From: a virus
Taxonomy: Duplodnaviria > Caudoviricetes
DNA length: 24,559 bases
Strand: one strand, 5' to 3'
IMG/VR virus record: IMGVR_UViG_3300025084_000215
Coordinates: 1-24,559 of that record
Part shown: in pieces, positions 9,601 to 18,665 of the stretch
How the letters are laid out: the number at the start of each line of letters is the position of its first letter
How positions within the stretch are numbered: position 1 is the stretch's first letter
Translations under genes and position numbers: made by a program
Notes under the pieces: model-generated
What the model was told of the DNA's origin: nothing
Database searches by the model: none
What the model saw: the letters and a program-made list of their open reading frames with translations, nothing else

Positions 9601-11435
9601 GCTTCACGTTCTAGCTTTGCAGTTGCGATTTTCTGTCTAAGGCTGATCTGTTCTTCGAGCATTGGCTGAAGAGCCTGTCTACTTGAAGCTGCCTGAGAAC
9701 CAGAAGCAGCATCTTCTGCTTGAAGTTGCTTGATTTGCTCTGTAAGTGACTCAAGGGTTTCTCCAAAATCATCAACCTGTGGCCTATCGACGTTTCCAAG
9801 CCTTGCTAAAAGATTGGATTTAATTTTGCCATCAGTACCTTGAGAGAGTATTTCAGTAAACTCATCAACGTTTTCACTGGTCAAGCCTTTAATACGACGG
9901 CCAGGAGTGATGGTGATGCCTTTGGGGAATTTAAAAGCAAGTTTTCCATCTTCACCTTTGAGCTTACGGAGATCTTGAATAAACCGTACCTGACCAGCAG
10001 ATAGGTTCATTGGGATAGCAAGTTTGTTTGCCTTTACATCTGCTAGCTTTGGAGCATCAAGTGAACGAACTTGTAGCTGCTGAATGGCCTGTGATCTACC
10101 AGGGCCAGCAGAAGACTGACGAGTAAGCTGCTCAGAAAGCTCTGCGACACTTTCATCTAGTTTAGATGTACGATTACCAAAAGCAATGAGTGTATTGTCA
10201 AGATCCTCAAGACGGGCATTGGTAGATGACATCTCAAACATATCGACGACTTCTTCTTCTGGAGCACCGCCATACTTAACAGTGTCATAGGCCTCGTCAA
10301 TCTTCTCTGCGGCGTTCTGTGCCTTTAGACGTAAAATAAGGTATTTACGAATATCGTTATCACGACCAGCAACCTTATCAATAATATCATCTAAATCCCC
10401 TGCTTCATCAAGTGTGGAAAATACCTTGTCAACATCTTGATTTCTTAGCGAAGCAAACTCAGACGCATCACCATAATACTTTTCTTTCGATAAGTCTAAA
10501 AGCTTTTTATAAGCTTGAAGATTAAGATTCCGCTGAGACCCCGATTTAAGTTTGTAATCAGTAAAGTCTTTTACTCGTGTAAAAGCATTGCCAGCTTTTT
10601 CACCAATATTAGATTTCTTTAAGAAATCACCTATAGGACCAATAGCTAATGCTTCAAGTGCAGCACCCTCAAAACCAACCAAAGTTCGGTTAGCAATAGG
10701 GTTTTTATCATCAGAAGTTTGTAGAAATGATGTCCAGGGAGTACGGCCAATAAGAGTATCGTCTTCAGCAGTACCATCAGCACCAATAAAGTCTTCAATA
10801 AAACCTTGAGCAGCACGCCCACCAGCAAGGCCTAAGCCTGTCTTACCAGCAGTAAGCTTGCCGCCTGTGAGACGCCCACCTTGCCTAGCAGCAATGAGGT
10901 AACGCCCAAGAGTACGGACTGCTTTACCAGCCTGTGTATTGTTTTCCCTGATAAAGTTAAAATCGACATTAAGAAAGTCGTCATCAACATTAGGAAGAAC
11001 ACTTAGAACATCACCAGGAAGATTTACAACGCCTTCAGCAAAGTCTTCAACAGCTCCTAAACCAGCTCGAATGGTTTCACCTTCAAAGCTAGTGTCATTA
11101 GCAAAAAACTCCTCTATTTCATTGGACTTTTCTGCAGTTTCTTGACGTAGCTCGGCTCGATCTTCAGCTACCTCATCAGCATCACGAGAACCATCAAACG
11201 TATCAACAAGAGGTATATAAATATTTTCCTCAACAAACTTAGCAACGCCTTCGAGTTCACCTGTATAAGGTTTTCTGTCAGGTCCAAGCCTAAAGGGTTC
11301 TTTTTCTTCTTGAAATTCAGAAAGGTCTTCTTCGGGTTCTTCTTCTGTTTGTTGCGTAGGAGGAGGGACAACAGGCTGTTGAGTTAAATCTTCTAGGGGC
11401 TTCTCCTCAAAATCATCTGGTAAAGTAATGGGCAT
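6666..11435 (-). CDS. gp16: Internal virion (ejection) protein, T7 gp16-like
   Basis: 1589-aa largely helical protein directly upstream of the tail fibre, the canonical gp16 position. C-terminal half has NSILSGP.TQ..N..GN, FVKTP..I and SY..LEP-type motifs seen in podovirus gp16-like proteins. Confidence 0.75.
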   Translation of the reverse strand: MPITLPDDFEEKPLEDLTQQPVVPPPTQQTEEEPEEDLSEFQEEKEPFRLGPDRKPYTGELEGVAKFVEENIYIPLVDTFDGSRDADEVAEDRAELRQETAEKSNEIEEFFANDTSFEGETIRAGLGAVEDFAEGVVNLPGDVLSVLPNVDDDFLNVDFNFIRENNTQAGKAVRTLGRYLIAARQGGRLTGGKLTAGKTGLGLAGGRAAQGFIEDFIGADGTAEDDTLIGRTPWTSFLQTSDDKNPIANRTLVGFEGAALEALAIGPIGDFLKKSNIGEKAGNAFTRVKDFTDYKLKSGSQRNLNLQAYKKLLDLSKEKYYGDASEFASLRNQDVDKVFSTLDEAGDLDDIIDKVAGRDNDIRKYLILRLKAQNAAEKIDEAYDTVKYGGAPEEEVVDMFEMSSTNARLEDLDNTLIAFGNRTSKLDESVAELSEQLTRQSSAGPGRSQAIQQLQVRSLDAPKLADVKANKLAIPMNLSAGQVRFIQDLRKLKGEDGKLAFKFPKGITITPGRRIKGLTSENVDEFTEILSQGTDGKIKSNLLARLGNVDRPQVDDFGETLESLTEQIKQLQAEDAASGSQAASSRQALQPMLEEQISLRQKIATAKLEREALYAKMNGKDVEFKAKAEQMKTDGSTELSPETIDAVVKNADETIAPTTRVNALRAGKNADELIPTQPRADFGSAVDDVSGVNTAKTIKTTVTESEFRSLSKDSDTFTTLKDLASKLPRFMGKTDAEIIGKMQSQQVLEIKESMQKAFDLGEVDEFFDANPELIDSVRGGKYSILSVESQTAMALLIKQSVQDISDLSKTIDNQTKDGAPEAFVNLERLTTRFLAMFSLAKNNSGARGSLLREIDVINKNLATPVRPGDNPLYDELINRQKDTLARQEILYKNTLAMGDEIRTNPKRAARELSRAIKALAYVHAEPDKQLAVWKTLFAANVKNLDGFYINSILSGPETQFRNFWGNFYQTIGHPLMASLGTAIPGKNNRAVRLEASAVMAATHESILEFTDLFKRIWSNNVKGLDPEGGAYNVWDEGLTENMAKITELRDKGELSWAQESMYGFAINMRKILNSPAFTPMMKVMGSVDSYFRVVAGRQVVTKRAVADALDVIGESRPLTEVSSKEFGELVQQFKKKHELEIFGEDKLTLIDPEAEELAGVFTFQKPVSQQDDVTKKLNSVASLPGARLLGLTFVKTPSEILKASFNLTPGLSRLLKKNDEAYKNGTPFYRAMRDGQEAMSYVIGFGATAGGAAGFITGAGPLNRDLNDKWRKDGNTPFTVKLPFGAEFSYQALEPATTIVGLFADLGAIGLGKQEASFVGAIGSNVVNKSFLTQLSTMAEIITATTERDFARFGQNIARGLTPYSGFRSQVGKVIDPTIREYRARHEPTWSWFLKKNGGMGLSRLLPARPDPLTDKPLTRDGYGDGGGNLLGLINMAVPLGLRFSQNRTDPVHKELYDWGFDIEDKNREISGIDLTNEEMAEFNTLRSANGDFRKAFVDYFKSDQYTKVDKISSDKALERGDDASTTDVYRELSSITNAYGNDARATMKLGLTEPSRSFSKRWTEALERKAKFAKETSARQDQLRFNQN

Positions 11436-11437
11436 AA

Positions 11438-14089
11438 TTAGTTTCTGATATTTTGAATTGCTCTATCAAGCAATGTGCGGTTAATACCGGGGAATAAAAG
11501 CAACAAAGCTTTTTTAAGCTGAGTATTAGTAGGCTTAGATGCAGCTAGAAAAGTAAAAGCGGCTTTCTGCTGAGAATTCCCAGTTTTAAAAGAATCAATC
11601 TTTTTACTGACATACTCAAGTTGAGTATATGGATCTAATGGATCTCTAGAGGTACTTTCAGCAAACTCATAAAGAAGGTTTTGTTCCTGAGCATTAAAAT
11701 CAAACAAACCCTTTTGACCAGAACCAAGGTTAGGATTACCTGAAGAAAGAGAAACTACAAGCTGTGATAAAGCATCAGCAGTATTAGCAGTTAAACCTTT
11801 TTCTGCATAAAAAGTTTGTGTACTCTTAAAAGGTTGCCATCCCCGCTTAGGCTTAGTAAAGCTATCAGGCTTAGGGTCATCAACTGTGCCTTGAATATCC
11901 ATAAGATCCATCTGCTGACGGAGAAAGTCAACAGGCTTTATACCAGCAGCTCTTGATAAATCTTTTAAAAGACCAGAAGTATTACCTTGTTCATAAAGAG
12001 CAACTTGGTCTCTAAGTTCAGCAACTTCTAGGTAAACATTAGCATTTGGCTCTAAAACCCCATAAGCTCCACTACGAGCATTCAGGCGCTCTTGGGGCGT
12101 TGTAAATGCAAATGTATTTAAGCCATTAGTAACATTGGGAATAGCAGTTTTTTTGACGCCTGGAGCAGTTGTAGGTAAACCTTTGTAATAACCTGACGCA
12201 TACTCCTTTTCAGTAATAGGTTTTTCAATAAGATCTTTATTTGCGTCAAGAAACTCTTTAAAAGAGGAACGTTGCTCAGATCTTTTCCATATATTAAAAC
12301 GGCGTTGTAACTGATCTTGCCTCCGACTAATAGCATTGTTAATACGATCTCTTAAAGTAGCATCTTTTTGTAATTGTGGCGGTGTAAGAGTAGGACTTAA
12401 ACCAGCAATAGCATCTTTAACTTGATTAAATTTATCCCTAATAGCAGGCTCAACTTTGGCTACCTTTTCGGTTTGGTCAGCATATCTTAGGGTATCTAGA
12501 TAAACCTCTGAACCTAGTTGACGCTTATTTCGTTCTGCCCAATTTCTGATATCCTCAGCTGTCCATTCTCCAGAATTTAGCCAGAGATCTCTAGCTTCAA
12601 TATTTGCTTCTTTGTTGATGATAGAAAGCTCATTAGCGGCCTTAGTAACTCTAAGCTCATCTTTAGATTCTAAATTGCCTGATCGGTTAATTATTTCCTG
12701 CCGTTGTGCATCACGAAGGGCTGGATCTGTAACGTTCTCTAGCCTTTCAAGTTCAAGCAAAAGGTTATTACCTTTTTCAGCAGACTCTCTGGCCATTTCT
12801 TTTCTAATATCTTCCTCTTCCTTCTTCAAAAAAGTTGGATAATCGTTCAGAGCATCAGCAGCAAAATAGCTAAAAAATTCTTCCCCTTGAAGTACGCCTA
12901 CAAAAGTTTCTAGAGGCTTTAAATTACCACCACTAGCATCCGCTACCACTGCATCATAAGCCTTTTTAACATTTGCACTAGCATTTTCAGGATCGGCCTT
13001 GATAAGAATAGTAAGCGATCTTGCGACATCACTAGCATATACTGACTCATTAAATGCAGCCCCTGACGGTCCTTGGTAAGATATACCTGCTGTACGCAAG
13101 TCACTAATAGCTTTACCTATTGAAGCTTTTTTTACATAATTAGCATTTTTGGAATTAAATGCTTGAGATACTTCGGCCTGTTTAGATATAAGTGTACGAG
13201 CGAAGTATTTGTTTAAAATTTCAGGTGGAACTGAAGTAAGATTATTTTGATCAATGAAATCAACAGTAGCTTCTCTTATAAAAGACTGCTGCATAATATA
13301 GGCATTAGGACTACCAAAAGGAAATTTTTCCTCAAACTCCTTTTGCCTCTTACTTAAATACCCACCAATGCTAGCGGCTGCTTTGAGGGCGACGCCTTCC
13401 TGATAACCATAATTATAAAAACCATTGTTAGAACGTAGCTCAGTGGCATCATTAATACGGCCAGCTGCTTCATCTGCATTAGCGGCATCAGAAAGAGTGA
13501 CATTTGCATCAACCCTTGCCTGTTGTGCAGCATCTAAGGCTGATGTTTCAGAGTTTAGTTGAGCCAAGTAGCCATCAAGCATAGCCCCTGCTTGAATCCT
13601 GCGGTTTGCTTGATTAATGCGTTCAGCCCGTTCCTCAACCAAAGTCTGGGAAAATTTTAAGAAAGACTCTCCAAATGTAGTAATTGAGGCATTACGATCT
13701 ATGGCCTGCTGTTGTTTAAATTGATCAGCTGTAACTTGCTGAGCATTTTTTAGGTTAAGAATCTGATTGTCAAAATCAGCCAACATCTTATCGTCAGCAA
13801 GCCCTTGACTTTGCCGCATTTGACGAGCTTTGTTGGCTAGCTCTTTGTTATTACTAAGCTGCGATTGTACTAAACGCTGGTTATTAATATCAATTTCTGA
13901 AACAGTTTGTTGATTAAAAGCAGTGAATTTCTGGTTTAACCCTATGGCTGTTTGAACGTTTTGGTTTTGAATATTTTGTTGTCGTGCAAGCTCCGCAGTT
14001 TGTTTACTTCGGTCAGGAGCTTTTAGATTAGAGATACCTTCAGATTGACTAGCTCTCTGCTGTACTGACCTAAATGGTGTTTGACTCAT
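11438..14089 (-). CDS. gp15: Internal virion (ejection) protein, T7 gp15-like, with a degenerate lysozyme-like C-terminal region
   Basis: 883-aa helical, Q-rich N-terminus. Lies between the gp14-like and gp16-like genes, with an ATGA overlap with gp14. Confidence 0.7.
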   Translation of the reverse strand: MSQTPFRSVQQRASQSEGISNLKAPDRSKQTAELARQQNIQNQNVQTAIGLNQKFTAFNQQTVSEIDINNQRLVQSQLSNNKELANKARQMRQSQGLADDKMLADFDNQILNLKNAQQVTADQFKQQQAIDRNASITTFGESFLKFSQTLVEERAERINQANRRIQAGAMLDGYLAQLNSETSALDAAQQARVDANVTLSDAANADEAAGRINDATELRSNNGFYNYGYQEGVALKAAASIGGYLSKRQKEFEEKFPFGSPNAYIMQQSFIREATVDFIDQNNLTSVPPEILNKYFARTLISKQAEVSQAFNSKNANYVKKASIGKAISDLRTAGISYQGPSGAAFNESVYASDVARSLTILIKADPENASANVKKAYDAVVADASGGNLKPLETFVGVLQGEEFFSYFAADALNDYPTFLKKEEEDIRKEMARESAEKGNNLLLELERLENVTDPALRDAQRQEIINRSGNLESKDELRVTKAANELSIINKEANIEARDLWLNSGEWTAEDIRNWAERNKRQLGSEVYLDTLRYADQTEKVAKVEPAIRDKFNQVKDAIAGLSPTLTPPQLQKDATLRDRINNAISRRQDQLQRRFNIWKRSEQRSSFKEFLDANKDLIEKPITEKEYASGYYKGLPTTAPGVKKTAIPNVTNGLNTFAFTTPQERLNARSGAYGVLEPNANVYLEVAELRDQVALYEQGNTSGLLKDLSRAAGIKPVDFLRQQMDLMDIQGTVDDPKPDSFTKPKRGWQPFKSTQTFYAEKGLTANTADALSQLVVSLSSGNPNLGSGQKGLFDFNAQEQNLLYEFAESTSRDPLDPYTQLEYVSKKIDSFKTGNSQQKAAFTFLAASKPTNTQLKKALLLLFPGINRTLLDRAIQNIRN

Positions 14090-15069
14090 TCTTTTTCTTT
14101 TCCAGGGGGATCGATTAGATTTTTATTCTTCACGTAAGTGCCATAACCACTCACAGCTGCTGAGCCGATACCTGCCACTAAGCCAATAGAACTAGGACCA
14201 GGAATTCCAACGGGCATTGCACCATAAGTAGGTCCACTCGTAGGCCCTGGATCGAGACTAAACGGAGCAAAGACAGGATTTTTAGGTGCAGCCCCAAATA
14301 CAGGTGAAGCTATGTTTGGTAATTCAAGGGGTTGCATAGGCTTTGGCATAATTGATGCAATTGCTTCAGAATCTTTTTGTGCCTTAGCCAAGTAAGCATT
14401 GACGTTTTCTGTACGAAAGTCTGCCAGTGCTGATTCACGGTTACGATCTAACATTCTTCTGTCACGTCCGTAACTGCCAATTACATTATTAACAGCTAAA
14501 CCAATTGATTGTCCTGTCCTACCTTGAGCAAGAATAGATCCTTGAGATTGAATGCTAGAAGCTAGTAAACGTTCAGCTTCAAACGAACGTAAAGCTTCTG
14601 CATCATTTTGCTTGCGCTGATTAGCTTCAAGTTTAGAATTTAGACCTTCTTGGTTAAGCAGAAGTTGTGTCTCAGCACGTTGGTCAGAAAGAATAGCTTG
14701 ATTTAGGTTTTGTTGCCATTGAAGCTGGTTATTGAGGTTAGTATAATCTCTTTGTTGTTGAGCAGCTAAAAACTCTGATTGAAGTGTTAAGTTGGCCTGA
14801 TTTCTTTGTTGGTTTGTATTTAGCCACGAGTTAAGAGCTAGTTGGTTATTTTGCTCGACTTGATTATTGTAGTTTTGAAGTTCATACAATGATCTGTTCT
14901 GTTGCTGCAAAGCAGCTTGCTCAGCAGCCCTATTTTGAGCTTGATATTGAGCAAATTGTTGGTTGCTAGCAGCGCTTGCCTGGGCCTGTTGTTGGGAGTA
15001 ATTAGCAACTGTACTAATAGTGCCAACAACAAAGGTAGCAATACTTAGACCTACTACTGGATCACACAT
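14086..15069 (-). CDS. gp14: Internal virion protein, T7 gp14-like
   Basis: Likely start is ATG at 15069 (MCDPVVGLSIATFVVG...), the typical 'MC.P + hydrophobic segment' start of gp14-like proteins, rather than 15123. Q/N-rich helical body and Gly-rich hydrophobic C-terminal segment. Confidence 0.72.
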   Translation of the reverse strand: MCDPVVGLSIATFVVGTISTVANYSQQQAQASAASNQQFAQYQAQNRAAEQAALQQQNRSLYELQNYNNQVEQNNQLALNSWLNTNQQRNQANLTLQSEFLAAQQQRDYTNLNNQLQWQQNLNQAILSDQRAETQLLLNQEGLNSKLEANQRKQNDAEALRSFEAERLLASSIQSQGSILAQGRTGQSIGLAVNNVIGSYGRDRRMLDRNRESALADFRTENVNAYLAKAQKDSEAIASIMPKPMQPLELPNIASPVFGAAPKNPVFAPFSLDPGPTSGPTYGAMPVGIPGPSSIGLVAGIGSAAVSGYGTYVKNKNLIDPPGKEKE

Positions 15070-15530
15070 AATTTCGCAAATTCGACGTAAGTAAGACGTT
15101 TTGGACCTACGGGCACATAGCACAAACGCTTAAACCCCAGCATCTTCAAGAGCTTTCGGTGCATCTTGTTTCTGGGGTCCATAGTGTTGTGCAGCATTAT
15201 GTAGTCTTGCCTTTCTAACCATTTCTTGGCTTCTTTAAAGAAGAGAATTGGTATTGTCTCCACAGCTGGTGTGGTGAGCATCCATACACGTCCTATTCCA
15301 CCTCCTTCATCAACTACTCCTGCAAAGCCAGCTAGCTCATTATCAGGAGTGTAAAAAGAGACAGGATCTTCAGTAACAGCAACACTCATTGCCAAGGCAT
15401 AAAAAGGAGGGTGCCCTTGACCCTCCAATTCTTGTTTATCCTGCCATCGGAGTAGGTCTGAACTTTGCCAAGCCAACTCCATAGAGCAGGGTTTAATATA
15501 TTTAGATTGATTGTATTCCTCTGTTTGCAT
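15054..15530 (-). CDS. gp13: T7 gp13-like protein (internal virion protein A family, GNAT-like fold)
   Basis: Position after tail tube B. Motifs LR..DK.E, AGFAGV...G.VWMLTT, LHN..D.RN..H.KLLK.LGF. Start uncertain: TTG 15539, ATG 15530, or a later ATG near 15482. Confidence 0.75.
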   Translation of the reverse strand: MQTEEYNQSKYIKPCSMELAWQSSDLLRWQDKQELEGQGHPPFYALAMSVAVTEDPVSFYTPDNELAGFAGVVDEGGGIGRVWMLTTPAVETIPILFFKEAKKWLERQDYIMLHNTMDPRNKMHRKLLKMLGFKRLCYVPVGPKRLTYVEFAKLCVIQ

Positions 15531-17904
15531 AAAGCCCAAACCAAGTAGCAGCGATAAAAGAAAGTGGAAATGGTGTATTGCTAGTAAGAGTTACATCTGA
15601 ATCTGTACCCTTACCATAGACAGGGATAACGTTGTCTATAATTTCAGGAAGAGGTACTGTGTTAGAGATGTAGCTGTTTGCAAGTGTTTGTTGAAAAGAA
15701 TAAGTTTTAGCAGTCCTACCTTTGACAGCGACAGAAGCTTCAAAGGGGCCAGAATCTGTGCTTTGAATCACAACGCGATGAACACGCGGTATGTTTATCA
15801 CATCAGATTGAACAGTACCACCTGCTTGAGTGGCTTTTCGATAGAACTTAGGAAGCCCTACAGTCATTTGATACTGGTATCCAAGAGTAATTTGATTGGA
15901 GGTTGTCCGGTCACCAGGCACCTCTACATAATCGTCAGTGCCATTGTTACCGTGAGTAGGATTAATGTATAGGACACCTCGCTCTGTAGGCGTATCATCT
16001 ATAACAACAACAGGTGTAAGCGTTGAGTCATATACGTCTGTGCCAAAGAAAATTCTAGTGGTATCTGTGATATTGTTATAAGCAACAGTAAGATTGTTCT
16101 CAAACAAGTCCATACGATATTCATAAGAAATACCATTTTGATTAACAGCAGTACCCTCTACGTCTACTAAGACCGTACATGACGACAAACATACACCATT
16201 TTCTTGTGATGTTACAAAGAAATAGTTATCATGATCAGTAGTTTGCAATAAGCAATTACCAGGCAACAACCAACGTATCCAAGACGCCAATACTCTTTCG
16301 GTCCCATTGTTGAAGTATTTAAAGATATACAATTCATCTGGATTCTGAATACCCAACAAACTCAGCATAGTAGCTGAGCTATTACTAACCATTGATCTAA
16401 GGGCACCCGGAACAAAGTTAGGTGCTGTCCTTGAAAGGTCGGCTTTCTGTGGTCTATTTTCAGCAGAAGTTACCAACATCTCAGTCACTGTAGAGAACCC
16501 TTGATGGGTATCAACGTAGATGACTGATGTCCCGGTATCTACTGGTGAGATATCAGGGTTGATGTTTAAAGTGCTAAAGGCTTTTAGCTGGGCACTGCTA
16601 GGTCCAAACGTATCCCCTTCTGCTGTAAGCATAAACTGAGAGTGCTCAGAAAAAATCAGGAGGCCTAGTTGGTCTCCAATAGCAAATCGTAAGTTGACTG
16701 GCCGTAGAGAACCTGAAGCAAGGTCAACAGCATCTGCATCAGAAGTTGTTAATGCTGAAATACGAAAAAGATTGAAAAAACTACTAGGTTGTGAGCAGAT
16801 TACATTGGCACCTGCAAGTAAAACAAGTCGGTTTCTAAAGAAACTTAATCCCGTTATCTGGCTACCAACCACTGTAGGCATAGGATTTGATGTGTCGTCA
16901 CCAATACGACGCTCAACCCAATACAAGTCGTCTCCATCCTTATCTGCTTCATTAAGAGATCGAAACGTAAAAGTCCCATCACTTTCGCGGATAATCGCGT
17001 GAGGCATTGTATCGGGATCAATAGTTGTAATAATGCCCGGAGCAACAGTCTCTTCCCAACTACCAACGCCTTTTGGTTCAGTTCCATTGACAACAAATTT
17101 TACATAATATTCGTCGCCATTTAGATTTGCTAAATTTTGAATCTTAAGTACCATCCCCGCAACACAAGATCCAGGCAAATCAGCTACATCACGAACAGAG
17201 CTTTTATATGCTTCTACAGCAATAGAATTCAATCCACCTTTAGCTTCAATAGTAAAATCAGCATTATCTACTCTAGTAATATGAATTACATTACTAATAG
17301 TAGTTGTCGTATAAGTATTTGGGATTCTATTTGCAATACCAGCTACTACTGACTTAATAGAAACAGTACCGGTAGCTGGTGTATTGTAGTTATAAGCTTG
17401 ACCATCAAGTGTAACGGTGTAAGAAGTTTGATAACCTGCAATACGCAAGACAATCAAAGCTTCAGGGCTTGGGGTAGGACTTAAAGTTGGTAATGTTGCA
17501 ACAGTTTTACTTCTGTTTAAAACAAAGTTATAATCATTGATTTGTAGCATCTCGAAGTCGGCTTCAGAGACACCATTTACATAAGCTGTCGCTGCTGTAC
17601 TAAGGGGATTAACAGTAGCAGCTGCCCCTGAAAAGGCATTCCACATACGGAGTGTACCCGTAGTATCAAACTGGCCAATATACTTTTCCTGCGAGTCGCG
17701 AAAAATAGAAAACCATCTACCGTCAGCAGTTGCTCCAGCGAGGCTAGAAATAAGCTTTAAACCTGGACGCTTAAGTAATCCATACGTGGGGTCTGGTAAG
17801 CAGTTATCAGCTTGTGTAAGTTGACCAGGCAGTTTAAGAGAGTCTGGTTGCTGTGAAACGCCACCCAACAAATTTGGGATGCGTTGGGAAACGGATACAG
17901 GCAT
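15502..17904 (-). CDS. gp12: Tail tubular protein B (nozzle, T7 gp12-like)
   Basis: 800 aa starting VSQRIPNLLGGVSQQPD...GLLKRPG. Contains WEETVAPG, TMPH.IIR, W.ER..GDD.SNP.P, FFRNRL and SW.RW motifs. Confidence 0.92.
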   Translation of the reverse strand: MPVSVSQRIPNLLGGVSQQPDSLKLPGQLTQADNCLPDPTYGLLKRPGLKLISSLAGATADGRWFSIFRDSQEKYIGQFDTTGTLRMWNAFSGAAATVNPLSTAATAYVNGVSEADFEMLQINDYNFVLNRSKTVATLPTLSPTPSPEALIVLRIAGYQTSYTVTLDGQAYNYNTPATGTVSIKSVVAGIANRIPNTYTTTTISNVIHITRVDNADFTIEAKGGLNSIAVEAYKSSVRDVADLPGSCVAGMVLKIQNLANLNGDEYYVKFVVNGTEPKGVGSWEETVAPGIITTIDPDTMPHAIIRESDGTFTFRSLNEADKDGDDLYWVERRIGDDTSNPMPTVVGSQITGLSFFRNRLVLLAGANVICSQPSSFFNLFRISALTTSDADAVDLASGSLRPVNLRFAIGDQLGLLIFSEHSQFMLTAEGDTFGPSSAQLKAFSTLNINPDISPVDTGTSVIYVDTHQGFSTVTEMLVTSAENRPQKADLSRTAPNFVPGALRSMVSNSSATMLSLLGIQNPDELYIFKYFNNGTERVLASWIRWLLPGNCLLQTTDHDNYFFVTSQENGVCLSSCTVLVDVEGTAVNQNGISYEYRMDLFENNLTVAYNNITDTTRIFFGTDVYDSTLTPVVVIDDTPTERGVLYINPTHGNNGTDDYVEVPGDRTTSNQITLGYQYQMTVGLPKFYRKATQAGGTVQSDVINIPRVHRVVIQSTDSGPFEASVAVKGRTAKTYSFQQTLANSYISNTVPLPEIIDNVIPVYGKGTDSDVTLTSNTPFPLSFIAATWFGLYANRGIQSI

Positions 17905-17907
17905 TGT

Positions 17908-18513
17908 TTATCGCAAAAGGGATCTATAAGGCTGATAAGAAATGTAGTTGTTGGTGCCATCTTGCAGGCCAAACACGTTCGGCTTGCCTGTGGCTGTGTC
18001 ATACTCAATGCAGATAGTTCTAGTAGCTGACTCATCTTGAGCAATAAGTTGTACTTGCTCTTCAGAAGTCACCAGACGACTGGCATAAATACGTGAGGCT
18101 CTTGCTGTGATGTATTCCTTCATTGGTTGAGGGCACTCCACAAACGGGAAATACCAAACCACATCTGCATAGATGGTTTCTGTGAAGGTGTAGGTATGAT
18201 CTTTCTTGTTATAGAATTTACCTCCACGTTCTACGATCAAGTCACGATCAGCACCGTGCTTGTAGAAGGATAAAGTAAAACTAATGAGATTATCGGGGAC
18301 ACCGATCTCTCCATTTGTTTGTATTGGAAATGGATATTCCAATTCAGTATTAAAGTTCCACCCCTCTGCTAATACGTTACGTGTCGTCTCTTCCAAGATG
18401 GACTGTGCGGTGAAAACTTCAGGGTTATCGGTGTCGAGTGTTACGACAGCCGCACCGCCGATGCAAGAAAGCATCTGGTTTACGGCATCTAGGACGGTTG
18501 TACGTGCAGACAT
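17908..18513 (-). CDS. gp11: Tail tubular protein A (adaptor, T7 gp11-like)
   Basis: 201 aa with T.LDAVNQMLSCIG.A.V.TL...NPEV, EGWNFNTE and YITARASR motifs. Directly follows the capsid terminator. Confidence 0.92.
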   Translation of the reverse strand: MSARTTVLDAVNQMLSCIGGAAVVTLDTDNPEVFTAQSILEETTRNVLAEGWNFNTELEYPFPIQTNGEIGVPDNLISFTLSFYKHGADRDLIVERGGKFYNKKDHTYTFTETIYADVVWYFPFVECPQPMKEYITARASRIYASRLVTSEEQVQLIAQDESATRTICIEYDTATGKPNVFGLQDGTNNYISYQPYRSLLR

Positions 18514-18558
18514 TTAGGTTTCATATTTGCAAAGGTTGGTCGTCTCGGTCTGGAGACT

Positions 18559-18581
18559 AAAAAAGGGGCCATAAGACCCCC
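18559..18581 (-). terminator. Intrinsic terminator downstream of the major capsid gene (T7 T-phi position)
   Basis: Minus strand GGGGTC-TTAT-GGCCCC followed by TTTTTT, starting about 7 nt after the stop codon of capsid exon 2. Confidence 0.85.
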
Positions 18582-18587
18582 ATAAAA

Positions 18588-18665
18588 TCAGGTGTTACGG
18601 AAAGCACCTGCAACAGAGACGCGGACTGCGCCTGCGCCCATTGCAAGGCGTCCCACAACGAGATC
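18588..18665 (-). CDS. gp10: Major capsid protein, exon 2 (DLVVGRLAMGAGAVRVSVAGAFRNT*)
   Basis: These 25 residues are the conserved C-terminus of T7-like capsid proteins (YQGD.IVG..AMG.G..R...A). In frame with exon 1 after removal of 18666..18887, and followed by the terminator. Confidence 0.92.
   Translation of the reverse strand, partial: DLVVGRLAMGAGAVRVSVAGAFRNT

Noticed and set aside
15070-15123. N-terminal extension of the gp14-like ORF (MLCARRSKTSYLRRICEI)
   Set aside because: It overlaps gp13 extensively. The ATG at 15069 gives the family-typical MCDP start.
18514-18558. Phage RNA polymerase promoter or second hairpin (GTCTC-CAGACC-GAGAC) after the capsid terminator
   Set aside because: I could not find a repeated promoter consensus shared with the other intergenic regions, and a 5-bp hairpin alone is weak evidence.
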